Shown in pieces: positions 39,081 through 52,115 of a stretch of DNA of 64,000 bases (positions within the stretch are counted from its first letter, which is position 1; the number at the start of each line of letters is the position of its first letter). Source of the stretch: the human T2T-CHM13v2.0 reference genome, Homo sapiens. Made by a program: the position numbers and the translations under genes. The stretch lies in the NCBI RefSeq assembly GCF_009914755.1, contig NC_060935.1, one strand, 5' to 3'. Below the pieces are notes generated by a model. The model ran no database searches. It was not told where the DNA came from and was given only the letters and a program-made list of their open reading frames with translations.

Positions 39081-40335
39081 TAAAGCAATTTTATTCATCA
39101 TAGTGTGAAAAAGAACAACATACACAGGAATAAATGTGACAAAAGAGCAAAAAACATTTACCTCCAAAACTACAAAATATTGTTTAAATAAATTAAATAA
39201 CCGAATAAATTGGAAGACATTCTGTGTTCATGGGTTGGAAGACTTAACATTGCTAAGACAGCAGTACCTACAAATTGATCTACAGATTCAGTGAAATCCT
39301 TATCAGAATCCCAGGATCCCATGACTTCTTTGACAAGTTGATTCTAAAATTTATATGGAAATTCAAGACCCAGAATAGCCAAAACAATCTTGAAAAAGAA
39401 GAACAAAGTTGGAGGACTCACACTTTGTGATTTCAAAACTTACTACAGAGCTACAGTCTGAATCAAGACAGTGTGGTACTGGGATAAATTAGACATATCA
39501 TCAATGGAGTAGAATCACAAGTCCAGAAATAAACCCTTATATTTATTGTCAATTGATTTTCAACAGATATACCAAGACAATTCAATAGGAAATAATAGAC
39601 TTTTCAACAAATGATGCTGAGACATGCGAAGAGTGAAGTCGGATCCCTTCCTCACATATCATATATCATAATTAACTAGAAAATGATCATAGATGTAAAA
39701 GCTATGATTATGAAACTCCAGAAGGAAATACAGGAATGAGTCTTTCTGACTTTGGATTAGGCAAAGCCTTAGATGTGACAACAAAAGTATAAGTGGTAAA
39801 GTAAAAATAGAGAAAATTCATGAAAATTAAAAAACTTTCCTGCTTCAAAGGATATCATCAAGAAAATGAAAAGGCAATCCAGAGAACAGGAGAAGATATT
39901 TTCAAATCATAAATCTAGTAAGCAACTTGTATCTAGAATATATAAAGGACTTTTGCCATTAATAAAAAGATAACTATCCAGTTAAAGAATGGACAGAGGA
40001 TCTGACTGGACCTTTCCTTAAAAAAGACATACGTTGAAAAACACACCAAAGATGCTCAAAACCATTAGCTAGCAGGGAAATGCAAATTAAAACTACACTG
40101 CGATATCACTTTATATCTCTTAGGATGGCTATCATTAAAAAAAAAAAACAGACAATAACAAGTGTTAGGGAGGATGTAGAGAAATGGGAACCCTCACAGG
40201 TCACTGGTGGGTTTATAAAGATGGCATAACCACTCTGGAAACAGTCTGGAAGTTCTTTAAAAGACTCACCATAGAGTTATTATAGGACCCAAAAGAAATG
40301 AAAACAGATGTCCATACAAACACTTGTACATTAGG

Positions 40336-40633
40336 GGTAGGTGTGTTGGCTCCCAGCACTTTGAGAGGCCTAGGTGGGCAGATCGTGTGAGTCTAGGAGT
40401 TAGAATCCAGCCTGGGCAACATGGTGAAACCTCGTCTGTACAAAAAAAAAAAAAAAAAAAAAGAAAGAAAAAAAGAAAAAGAAAAAAAAAATTAGCCAAG
40501 CGTGGTAGTGCACACCTGTAGCCCCTGCTACTCAGCTGGCTGAGGTGGGAGGATCACCTGAGCCTGGGAGGTGGAGGTTGCAGTGAGCAGAGATCTCCCC
40601 ACGGCACTCCAGCCTGTCTCAAAAAACAAAACA
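40336..40633 (+). mobile_element. Alu (AluJ-like) within L1, with an expanded central A-tract of about 50 nt
   Basis: Alu arms around the A-rich tract 40442-40491. TSD 'acttgtacat' on both sides. Confidence 0.9.
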
Positions 40634-41586
40634 AACTTGTACATGGATATTTATAGCAGCATTATTTCTAATAATCAGAAAGTGGAAACAACCCAAATGT
40701 TTATCAGCTGATGACTGCGTAAATAAAATGTGGTAATAGCTATACAATGGAATATTATTTGGCAATAAAAAGGAATGAAGTCTTAATATGTACCACAATA
40801 TGGATGACACTTGAAAACTGTGCTAAATGAAAAGAAGATTCATGAAAGACCACATATTGTACGATTCCATTTATACATGGAATCATATGAATCATACGAA
40901 ATGCCCGGAATAGGTCAGTCTACAGAAGCAGGAAGCAGATTAGTGGTTACCTGAGACTGGAGGATTTGAGAGAAAATAGGGAGTAACTGCAAATGGGTAT
41001 GGAGTTCTTTCTGGGGTGATTAAGATGTTCTAAAACTAGTTACGGTAATGCTTACACAACTCTGTGAATGTAGTAAAAACTTGAATTGTACACTTAAAAT
41101 GGGTGAGCTGTATGAAATATGAATTATATCACAATAAAGGTAGTATCAGTGTATATGCTCAGCATCATGCTTGGCCTTGATAAATTGGTAAATGTTAGCT
41201 ACCAATGTAATAGTAACTCTCTGACTTCATGTGCAGAGCACGTTTATAGTAGCAAAGATGGAAAGAAAGGAAAATGCTGAGAGAGTAGATGAACATACAA
41301 GTTAACTCAGATACCAGGTGAGGGAGAAGGTGACTGAATCTGTGGCAGCCGTATGGTAGGAGCTGAGTGCTGCTTTTGGAGAAGGTGAATGAAGTTATGT
41401 GGTGCAAGAGCCTGATACCCTAAAAGTGTCTAGTAAACCTGAATGTAGTTACCCTTAAAATGTGGTTGAACTTGGGTCTGGGGATCCAGATGTCACTAAA
41501 CAGTATCTTCTTCACAAAAGAGTAATCACCGTCAGTGTGATAAAAGCCAGAGTTTTTGTGTCTAGAAGTCACTAAACCAGGTAAGG

Positions 41587-41589
<3 letters not shown>

Positions 41590-41633
<44 letters not shown>

Positions 41634-41634
41634 C
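41590..41634. repeat. (GT)18(GC)3 microsatellite
   Basis: t(gt)18gcgcgcac, fully alternating purine-pyrimidine. Confidence 0.97.
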
Positions 41635-42199
41635 TTTCTTTTTAAATCACTGTATGACAAAGGCCAGAGTTTTAGTTTTTGTGCCTTTTTTTTTTTTTTT
41701 TTTTAAGGCAGTGTCTGGGGGAACTTATCTTCCCACAGTCAGCCCATGGCTGACCAGCTTTGATTTTTGCAGGGTGTCTTTGGGCCTGAATGTTTGAGCC
41801 TCCCTACAGGAGATGGCTAGAGCCTAGCCCTCATGCTCTGGAAGTTAGTTCTGGTAAAAGCTTTGCAGTTGGCGCTGTGGATGCCCTGTGCTACTTAACA
41901 GTGGTTCCTCCTTTAGAACTTGGAAGACACGTGCCAATAGGGAGGAAGGTTCTCTGCTAAGATGCATTTATTTGTGAACACCTCTCACAGTGTTTTTTTC
42001 AAGGATATACCTGTGGAGGGAATTTCCCATTTCAGTTTTGGGGGAAACCTGGTGAGTTGCTTCTCAGATGTTTAGGTCACACACTGACACTCAAGGTCGA
42101 ATGGCTACTGCGTGGTGGAGCTGTGATTCCAAGAAACCTTCCATGTCTGATTGCTAAGACAGCTCACAGTCTTAACCACTAGGCTGAATTTTCCCTCAG

Positions 42200-43000
42200 G
42201 GATGGACAAAGTGGAAGAGAGAGAAAGCTGAAGGCAGAGAGATGTGAAAATACAGTGTTTTCAGGAGTAGTAAGGAGGCTGGTAAGCATGTGGGATGTCT
42301 AGAAGGGTGGATGGAGTGTGGGGTGGCTTGTAAGCTGAGAGGTTACGGGAGTGAAGTGCCAGGCAAGGATGTTCGAACAGTAAGATTAGAGGTTCTCAAC
42401 TTTTCTGTGTATGCAGCATATACACAGGAAGGGGGGATGGGAGCCCTTGTTTTTAGGATATTCAACAAGTGTTTGAGGAGAATTATTCTGGAGGCTCTAT
42501 CTCCCATAAGGAGGCTGACACTACAACACTTCTGGTAGGAGATGAGGAGGGCTTGAACTAGGTCAGAGGTTATGGGAGTGACAAGGAGGGGATGGATGGG
42601 AAGGACATTTTACATCAGTATATTAGAGATTAGGCATTTAGATTAGGTGTATTAGAGATGAGAGGGCTCTGTAGGGTTTTCTGATGAGGGAGAAGATGAA
42701 GATTTTTCATCTGCATGGATGGCAGTGCCATTTATAGACACAGTTGTACAGCAGGGGAGACAAGTTGTAAGGGCCAGAGTTGGGGTAATGAGTTTTGAGT
42801 TGTATGGAGTTTGCAGTGCTTTGGGGCACTTCATGGGGAGGGCGCCAGCAGGCACTGGGCAATTCAGCATTCTGGATTTGAGAACAGTTTGGAAAACATC
42901 ATCACAGGGTTTGGAGTTGAGACCCTGGAAGTGGATAAGCTTGTCTAGGAGACAGAGGGAAAGGACAGAAAGGAAGAAAGGCTAGGATAGAATCCATTGG
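42200..43000 (-). mobile_element. Diverged L2 with a MER5-like relic at about 42385-42535
   Basis: 'gggcttgaactagg', 'tggatggcagtgccattta', 'aatgagttttgag'. The MER5-like part begins 'agaggttctcaactt'. Confidence 0.5.
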
Positions 43001-44938
43001 AAGCATTAAGAGTCATTGTCTTGAGTAAGCATCTTCCATGTCATATGAAACCTTACAGATGCAGGAGCAGGGGAGTCTGAATTCATGTATGCTTACTAAG
43101 TGTGCTGAAGTATTTGTCTCCTGGTGGTGTGTTGATGGAAGCAGATGATTTTCTTGCAAGTTCCAGGGGTGCTGATGTCTTGGCATGTTCCTTTCTGTGG
43201 CCCCCTAGGGTGAGTTAATGGGTCAGCCCAGGATCCTAGTTCCTCCTTCCCTTTCCTTAAGTCAAAGCTGGCCTATGCTCCATGTGTGATCTCCTTCTTC
43301 CCAGCCTCCCTGGGAGTGTTGCTGAGCTCCGTTTGGAGTTTCAGTTGCAAGGCTTTAGCCACCCATGTTAACTGTAGCTCCTATCGCTTGAGAAGTGCAG
43401 GGTGAGGGGATCCTGGAGAATCAGCTCCCTTTTGAAATCTGCTCCAGCTTGCTCTCTTGGGGTCAGCATGAGTGTGGAGAAGACTGGAGAAAACCCAGAG
43501 ATGGTAGGCATGACCTGCCAGATGCAGCAAGCCCTGCCCTCTCTCTGTGTCAGATCAAAGACTGACTCTTCAGTCATTTGACACCCTAATGTGAGGATGT
43601 TTCTGAGCCAGGGCCCGGGCTCCTGGTGGCCTGTGCCTGGGAGCCGTGGGGAACGTGTGGGCCTGCATGTGCTCTGGGTAAGTGGGGGTAGGAGAGTAGG
43701 ACAAGTAACTTCCCAGCTGCTCTCTTAGACACAGAGCTGGAGGGATCTGGAGAGATCAGCCCAGCCTCCTCAGTTTTCAGATTGGAAGCTGCTGCCCAGA
43801 GATGCCCTTTTCCCGGTTCCAGTTCTGAGGGCGAGTTGGCCCAGCTTGGTTGCAGCTGCTCCTGCATGGCTCTTTCCTCCTGTCCCACAGGTCCTGGGTT
43901 CCAGGGCACAGAGGTTGTTCCCAGTTTGGCTGGTGCCTAGAATGACCATATCATTTAATGTTCAGACTAAGACACTTCAGAGAATAAATGGGGGCAATGT
44001 TAACAATGACACCAGGAAAACAGAAATAAACCTTAGGCAAACCAGGATATATAATCTTCCTTCCTGTGCCTTCACTTTTGGCTCAATTCTTATTCCTATG
44101 CCAGGTGATATTCCCTCATCCCCTACCGTCCTGATCCTATGGCCCACATGACTTTAGGTTCCGGGAACTTACAGATCTTGGTCTTTGGAGGTTTGGTCTG
44201 TGGATCTTGGTATCTAGAGGTTAGAAACCTCAGGGATCTCCCATGTTGGAGGGTCCAGGAGATGGAAAACCTGGGAATAACATCGTGAGCATATCTCTGA
44301 CAATCCATGACTATTCAGAACCTAGATCCAGGAACTTTGATTTTCAGTAGCTAGGGTGGGTATGTCATAATTTACTAACTTAGTTTTTTTTTCCAACATA
44401 CATTTGTCTCTTGCACGTAGCGTAAGATGGCATGCTGGTAACATACAAATCACGAGAGCAGCATCCTACTCTGCAAACCTGTAGCCCCAGATAGAGCTCA
44501 GCAACTCAGCCATGCAATCTTCTGCCTTGGAGGTGGAGGGGAGCCAAGGCCCTGGGCTCCTGACAGGTGTGTGACGGAGCAGGGCATAGTTACTTGTCTC
44601 CCAGGTGTCCACAGTCACAGCACAGGGTGGGAGGGGACATGAGCAGCTGGGCTTTGCTGAGACCAAGCCAAATGGGGATTTAGGCAGAGAAGGTGTTCTT
44701 TATTTGAGAGTAGAGCAGGTGGAGATGAATGCTCTGCCTGGTAGCTTTCTCGGACTGCACTGGCTTGTTTTTCTATCTAAAGCTGGCAGAACCCAGACCA
44801 CCATGGATCCTCAATGACAAAGGCCAGAGGAGAGGAAATGGTTCTTCACTGGGTCTTCTGGCTGTGTCCTTGGACCTCTGCCTCTCCCAGCTGACCAGAG
44901 TGGTCTGGATTTGCCCATTCTCTCACTGGAGTTAGGAG

Positions 44939-45066
44939 TAGGATTGCCGGACCTGGCAAATAGAAGTACGGGAGGCCCAGTTAAATTGGAATTGCAGATA
45001 AACAAAAAGTTATTTTTTAGTATGAGTATATCCCATGCCGTGGTTATATTTTATATAGCAACTCTA
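44939..45066. mobile_element. MER53 (hAT-type MITE), internally deleted
   Basis: 'taggattgccggacctggcaaata...cccagttaaattggaattgcagataaacaa...ttttttagtatgagtatatcccatg...ttatatagcaactcta' resembles the left arm and right terminus of MER53. Confidence 0.8.
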
Positions 45067-45122
45067 CTTAGTAAGGACTGGCCTGATTTTGCTTACCTCT
45101 GGGGCATGGTTTCACAGTGCCT

Positions 45123-45640
45123 CTTTCATTCAGTAGATGCTTATTGAGTGCCAAGGATATGTCAGATGCCACTCTAGGCACTGGGGATATTGCAGTGAGC
45201 AACAACAGACAAGAGTTGGTGAACTCATGGAGCTTACATTCTAGTGGGGGCGATAGACAATAAGGAAGATATGTAAGTATGTTAGGTGGTGGAAGTGATA
45301 AAGAGGAAAATAAAGCAGGGAAGGAAGATAGGGAGGATTCAAACCTGAAGAAGATGAGGGATTGAGGGGATAAGCCAGACAGACATTTGCAGAAGAGTCT
45401 TCTAGGCAGAGAGCACCACAGACATCAAAGCTCGGGCATGCCTCATGTGTTTGAGGACTGGTGGGCCTCCGTGGCTTGAGTGGAGTCAGCAGGGAAGAGG
45501 ATCCAGCATGGAGGTCAGAGCTCAGATCTTGCAAAGCCTCATAGCCCTCTGTAAGGATATGGGCTTTCACTCTGAGCGGGAGTGTGATCTGATTAGGTTT
45601 TGAAAGGATCACCGGCTGCTGGGTAGTGAAAGACTGAAAG
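45123..45640 (-). mobile_element. L2 3' region
   Basis: 'ttcattcagtagatgcttattgagtgcc', 'ctctaggcactggggatattgcagtgag', 'ctcatggagcttacattctagtgggg'. Confidence 0.85.
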
Positions 45641-46454
45641 CAAGCCTGGGCCCAGGTCTCTCACCGTATCCTCAGGGGTGGGCCATGGGATTTGAGACCT
45701 GCATGCCATTTGGAATAAAAGGGCATGCCACCTGGACACAGCATCACCTTGCAGGATCTTTGATTTCTTTTTGCCTTTTTCTTCCTCATTTAAGGGATAC
45801 ATTCCTACTCAAAAAAGGGAAGGATATGTTGCAGTTATCTACCTCTTTTTTGCTAACCATTGTATGATGCGCCTGGTTTAAGGGACAGTTCCCTAATGGT
45901 TCCTATTAAGCTTTGGAGAAAGAGTAGTGGTGTGGTGGGTGTCACATACCTGGAGCTTTAGAGCCTTCTGAGAAGATAATTCGGTAAAAATACATCATTT
46001 TTTGATTGGTGTTGAAGGAAGTTGTTTTTCGTTGCACAGATTAAATTTAAATTGTTCATGAGAGCTAAAGAGCTTGAAAGCATTTCTTTGTTTTCTAATC
46101 TTTAAAAGTAGAGAAGAGTGAGCTGGCTATATAATATAGAACTTTCTCGGCTTTACTTTACCAAAGCAGTCTGATTTAAAAACTTAAAGCCAACATATTT
46201 CACATTTATAGTTTAAGATTATAAAAACTAAATATGCATTTAATTTCATAAATTTATGCACTTAATTTCATAAAATTATGTTTTTTGGAGAAAAATACTG
46301 AGGCTATAAAATCTTGGCTTGTAAGTAAATAAAATTATTTTAAATGTCAGCCAGTTTTGATGATGAGAGCTATAATTCTAATGAGTGGCAAATATTTTCT
46401 AGATATCTTTGAAATGATACTCTGGTTTCTCTTCAGACTGTATAAATCTTTCAC

Positions 46455-47037
<583 letters not shown>

Positions 47038-47391
47038 TCATTTGAAAAGAAGCAAAAATGAAACCTTTAAAAAAGTATAATGTACACATTCCAAATATGA
47101 AAATGTACTACTTCACCAGAGTTGTGAAGCATGTAAGACGTGGTCCATATTTAAGAACAAAGCAGACTTTTTAAAGGGACTGTCTTGTACAACATCACGC
47201 CCTTGGGCACTGAGAATATGGAATTACAGGGGTGATCCCTGTAAAAAATACTGAGTAAAATGCAATGTGTGCTAAAATGCAACTATATGTGTATAATTTA
47301 AAAGGCAGGCATTTCAGTTTAAAGTTATTTTTAGACTAGAGATTTTAGCTGTTTTCTTAAGCAGGGATTAAAAACCAATTTAACTGGGGGT

Positions 47392-47541
47392 TTGGGTTTG
47401 TTTTGTTTTAAGAGATGGGGTTTAGAGATGGGGCCTGGCTGTGTTGCCCACGCTGGTCTCAAGCCCCTGGCCTCAAGTGATCTTCCTGCCTTGGCCTCCC
47501 AAAGTGCTGGGATTATAGACCTGAGCCACTGCACCTGGCCC
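47392..47541 (-). mobile_element. Alu left monomer (FLAM/AluJ-like)
   Basis: 'agagatgggg...gttgcccacgctggtctcaa...gcctcccaaagtgctgggatta...gcacctggcc'. Confidence 0.85.
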
Positions 47542-47629
47542 AAAACTGTCTTAATGTAATTGAGACTCTTACACACATAATAAATTGAGATTTTTGTCAT
47601 CTCAGTTTGGAATTAACATTGTAAAAGTA

Positions 47630-47830
47630 CATGCACTTGAGGGTTAGATGTAACATTACTACCTCTAGCTGTATGACTTTGATTTTAGTAAGTCTCCTCT
47701 GTAAAATGGGGACAATGAAACCTACCCCGAGGACTGGTTGTGCCAGTTAGATGAGGTAACTTGAATTGGTTCCTGAGACAGTACCTGACACATAAGCTCT
47801 CAGCACATAGTGACCAGTGTCATTCTTATT
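47630..47830 (+). mobile_element. MIR
   Basis: 'ctagctgtatgactttg', 'ctctgtaaaatggggacaatga', 'gtacctgacacataag'. Confidence 0.68.
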
Positions 47831-49224
47831 GGCATTGCTTTTATTATTTATTTTTATTATTTTTGCTATATTCATAAAATGTATTTGAAAAGCAAAAATG
47901 AAATACTTTTTAAGAAAGTACAGTGACTTGAGTGAGACCATACAGTTTATGTTAGCTAATGATTTCCAAGGCCATCCAAGTTCAAGTTTTGAGTGTGCAA
48001 GCCAGCATCTTTTGAATACCTTGAGAGAGGGAGCAGACAAGAAAGAGTTTGGCTCAGAGAAGGTAGGCGGTGGGAACCCAGAGTCCTGGTGAGTGTGCCT
48101 TTACACCCGACATCTCCCTCCAGATGGCTTTTCAGCCAGGTTGATAATTAGCATCAACAGATGCAAGCCGAGAGTCTCCTGGGCTGCATGTCTCCAGCAT
48201 GGATATGTATGGAGAGAAGCATGCAGCATGTGGAAGCCCGAGCTCAGTTGGGTTGTACGGCTGGGCTCGGCTGGGCTCAGCTGGGCCTGTGGAGGCATTG
48301 CTCCGAGTTGGGCCTGCCTGAGTCTCAGCTGGTACACAGACACTGCCCTACAGCCCAGGACCTGCCCAGGGGGCTCAGCGTAACAGACCCACCTTGGTGG
48401 GGGGCTGCTGCTTCCAGCTGCTTTGCAGCTTCTGTCAGGCCAGGGCTGCTTGAGTCCTTGCTCTGCTATTTAAATCTATCACTCGTTGGTGACAGCTTTC
48501 TGCTTAAGCAGTGGCAGCATGTATGCTACAGGTTTCAGCTCATTACCTCTGTAGGGCTGTTCCTGGACTGCTGGCTGGGGGAAAGGCCAGCCATACAGAC
48601 TGAGGCACCAGCCCCAAACTCTGTATTGGATGTTGCTGAGCCTGGGTGGAGAGTGGGGCCGTGCTACCTACAGTTCCTGCTACCTGTCCTTCAGAGGACC
48701 TGTCTGCAGCAGGGCCAGAGCCTAAGGTTTTGTTTTCTCCCAGCCTGATGGGACTGTGATACTTGGACATGGACATCAAGGAGATGTGGGCTTTGCCACT
48801 CTGCTTAAGTGGGCCTGGGCAAGTCATTTTACCTCTTGGGGTTCATTTTCTCTGTTAATAGGTGGTGAACTTTTCAAGGGTGATTAACATGTCATCTTTA
48901 TCTCCATATCCCTTGGACACAGTAGGTACTCAGTAAATGATAGCTTAAATTTGTAAAATGGGAATGATAGGACCCTTATCCCTAATTTGTACTGGGCAGA
49001 GACAATGAATATAATTCTATTAAACTTTGACAAATGGGAATAAAGTGAAGGAACCCTTGTATTTCCCCAGGTTCATCTCCCATATCCCCAGTATTAAAGA
49101 ATCTCAGATGAATGGGGACTTAAAAAGTTCATTTGTGTATCTTTATTTACTGATTCAAACTTTTACTACCTTTGCCAGTTGATCTAAATAGACATCTCTG
49201 TTTAAGCATCTTCTGTATAAAGAA

Positions 49225-49560
49225 GGTGTATAAATAGTCAAGAAGCACATGAAAAGATACTTAACATTAGCCATTAGGGAAATGCAAATTAAAACCCCAG
49301 TGAGTTACCACTTCATACCCTCAGGTGACTATGGTCAGAAAGACAATAACAAGTGTTGGTGAAGGGGGTGAAAAATGGGAAGCCTTATGCATTGCTGATG
49401 GTAATGTAAAATGGTGCAGCCTCTTTGGAAAGCAGCCTGGCAGTTCCTCAAAATGTTAAACGTAGAGCAATTCTATTTCTAGGTATTTACCCAAGAGAAA
49501 TGAAAACATATGTCCACGCAAAGACTTGTATGCACATATTCACATTAGCATTATTTTTAT
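49225..49560 (+). mobile_element. Old L1M fragment (end of ORF2)
   Basis: 'aagcacatgaaaagat...cattagggaaatgcaaattaaaacc...aaaatggtgcagcctctttggaaa...tttacccaagagaaatgaaaacatatgtccac'. Confidence 0.85.
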
Positions 49561-50846
49561 ATGTGCATCTGAATGCCCTCATCTCCGTTATGGATTGGAT
49601 GTTAGGACACCCTATAGAGGAGATTTCCAGGGATAGCTACTCTTGTGTTTGTCTTCTTATATGGGGTTCATGCATAGGAAATGCCAAGCTTTTGGCCTCT
49701 CTCATTTATAACTTCCAGATAACAGCCTAAGTTTGGTCTATGTTTAAGGAAATTCAGGAGTCTTTTGCAGGGCTTCTGTAGAAACCTTTATCAAGTAAAA
49801 GTATCTGGTGTTTCCCAGGCTTTGCTCTCCTGCATTCCTTGTAGTCAGCAGGGAAGGACCCCTTGTTATGATGTGAGTTACTCTCAACATTTCAGGCTTT
49901 TGAAGATTAATTCCTGATCTGAGGGAAGATTCTGGCAGAACTGGGATATCTCTAGAATGCACTGATAAGGGCCTTGTCAGTTTCTGGGGTGGGCAGGTCC
50001 TTCTTATAGACGGTTTTGTGACTAAGATACCTGATCAGTAGGCTTTTTTTCCTGGCTGTAACTAGTGATGGGTTGCAGGTGGGTGCGTGTGGGGATGGAA
50101 CATCTTAGAGTTGTCTACAAAGTTAGGCATCAGAGAGCATGGGTATCATGGAGAGAACTTTTTGATTGAGATTTGGGGCCAATTTAAGTCAGTTCTCTAA
50201 TATTTTCTTGCATTTGAGTTATAAGCTGTTCCTATAAGTAAGTGATAAGGGAGTAGTGGGAAAATGCATCCTTAATTAATAGGCAGAATAAAGCTAGGTG
50301 GCCATAGGAAGGCCATAAAAAGCCCAAGGAAGCAGCCCTATTTATTTGTAGAACATAGGTGAAATGTTTATTATATGCAAAACAAGTTAAACCAAAACAT
50401 CTAAATGCACCATAGTATATGATTACAGAAACCTGAAAGATCCAGGAGTAACAATAACAAAGGAACAAATGAACTACACATGAACACTAATCTTCCCTGG
50501 AACTAAGGATAGGTGGGCACTTAGAAGTGCTTCTGGGATGGGAGGTCAGGCTGCAGGGTGATGGACATTGGGCATGTGCTTGGGACACTCCTTGAGGCAC
50601 ATGGAGACTATTTGAGATCACCTCTCTGATCAGAAAGTTGTTTGGTGAGTACCAAAATAAGACAAAAATGAGTAAGTGTTTTTAAGGGAGATTTCCCTCA
50701 AGCTGTGTTTGGTAGATAACTAATAACTCTCTGTTCTGGGATATTTTCTCTCTAGGCCACTGTCATTGACCTCTCAAATGCTTGGGGGTGAGAAGGGTAA
50801 AGATAATATAAAAGTATCAAGAAAAGGAAAGTAAAGGGAAAATAGT

Positions 50847-50868
50847 AAAAAAAAAAAAAAAAAAAAAA
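50847..50868. repeat. Poly-A tract
   Basis: About 21 consecutive A. Confidence 0.9.
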
Positions 50869-51267
50869 GTCCTATATAGTCCTATGAAGAAAGTTTTGAC
50901 CTAGATATAAAAATATAGGCAAGTCTGAAATCTTGTTGCTTTTCTCTTTAGTTTGCCTTCGTTGATATAAGTCTGTTTATTCATGTCTGTATGCTAACCG
51001 CTGACACTTAAATGTGAAATTGTTCTCAGGACTCTGCTGCATTGTCCTACTAGTAGAAGTCCTGGTTTTAGAACATAAGGTCTGGATATGTACAGCCTAG
51101 CTTTTGGATGAGCAACTCTGTGCAAGTTCCCCAACCTCTGTTCAACTTCAAAATAAGGGCAGTTATACTGAACGCCTGTATGGGTGCTATGAGGATTACA
51201 TGAGATATATAGTAAAGCTAGCCAAAAAACATTGGTTATGGGCCAGGTCCCAAAATGTTACAAAATG

Positions 51268-51580
51268 AGCTGGGCATGGTGACTCATACCTGTAATCCCA
51301 GTGGTTTGGGCAGCTGAGACAAGAGGATTGTTTGATGCCAAGAGTTTGAGACCAGCCTGGGCAACATAGCAAGACCCCATCTCTACAAAAAATTAAAAAA
51401 TTAGCCGGGAATGATGGCTCATGACTGTAGTCAGCTACTCAGAGGCTGAGGCAGGAGGATTGCTTGAGCCAGGAGTTTGGGGCTGTAGTATGCCATGCTC
51501 ACACCTGTATAGCCACCTCATTCCAGCTTGGGCTGTTAGCGAGACCTTGTCTCTTTAAAAAAACAAAACAAAACAAAAAA
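51268..51580 (+). mobile_element. Alu (AluJ-like)
   Basis: Diverged dimer with an (AAAAC)n tail. Confidence 0.92.
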
Positions 51581-51624
51581 GATTTTTGCATATCATTGAA
51601 AATCTATGAAGTGGTTTTTTTTTT

Positions 51625-52115
51625 TTAATTTATAAATATACGTTATTCAACCGGTTGCCTATTTTTGAGCAATTAAAGTGGGTTTTCCCTACTACAAGTA
51701 ACTACAGTGAATGTCCTTGAGTGAGATACATAATTATTTCTTTAGGACCAATTCCAAGAAGTGGAATGGCACAGTTAAAGGATAGATATTTTTTTTAAGA
51801 ACTATGATAATATTTCCAAATACCAATGTCTGCTCTACTAAAAAAGTAGTGAGAATGGTCATTTCCTCAGTCTGTGATCAGTGCTGGATATTTAGGTTTT
51901 TAAATATCTTTGCTATTTTAGAGGTAGAAAATATCTTATAGTTTTTTTGATTTTTATTTCTGGTAACAGCTGAGCTTAAATAATGGTATATTTTATTATG
52001 TACTGTGTTTCTTTCATACAATATTGTTTAATTTTGTTCAGTTTTTCCTTTAGAGTATTGTCTGTCTTATTAGTTTGTAGGACATTGACTGTTTTCACTT
52101 TTGTTGCAGATACCT
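51625..52115 (-). mobile_element. Highly diverged L1ME-like fragment
   Basis: 'acagtgaatgtccttg', 'attccaagaagtggaatggc', 'gagaatggtcatttcctca'. Confidence 0.55.

Noticed and set aside
48161-48748. 195-aa ATG ORF
   Set aside because: Lies in a GC-richer patch where stops are rarer. No recognisable homology or splice architecture.
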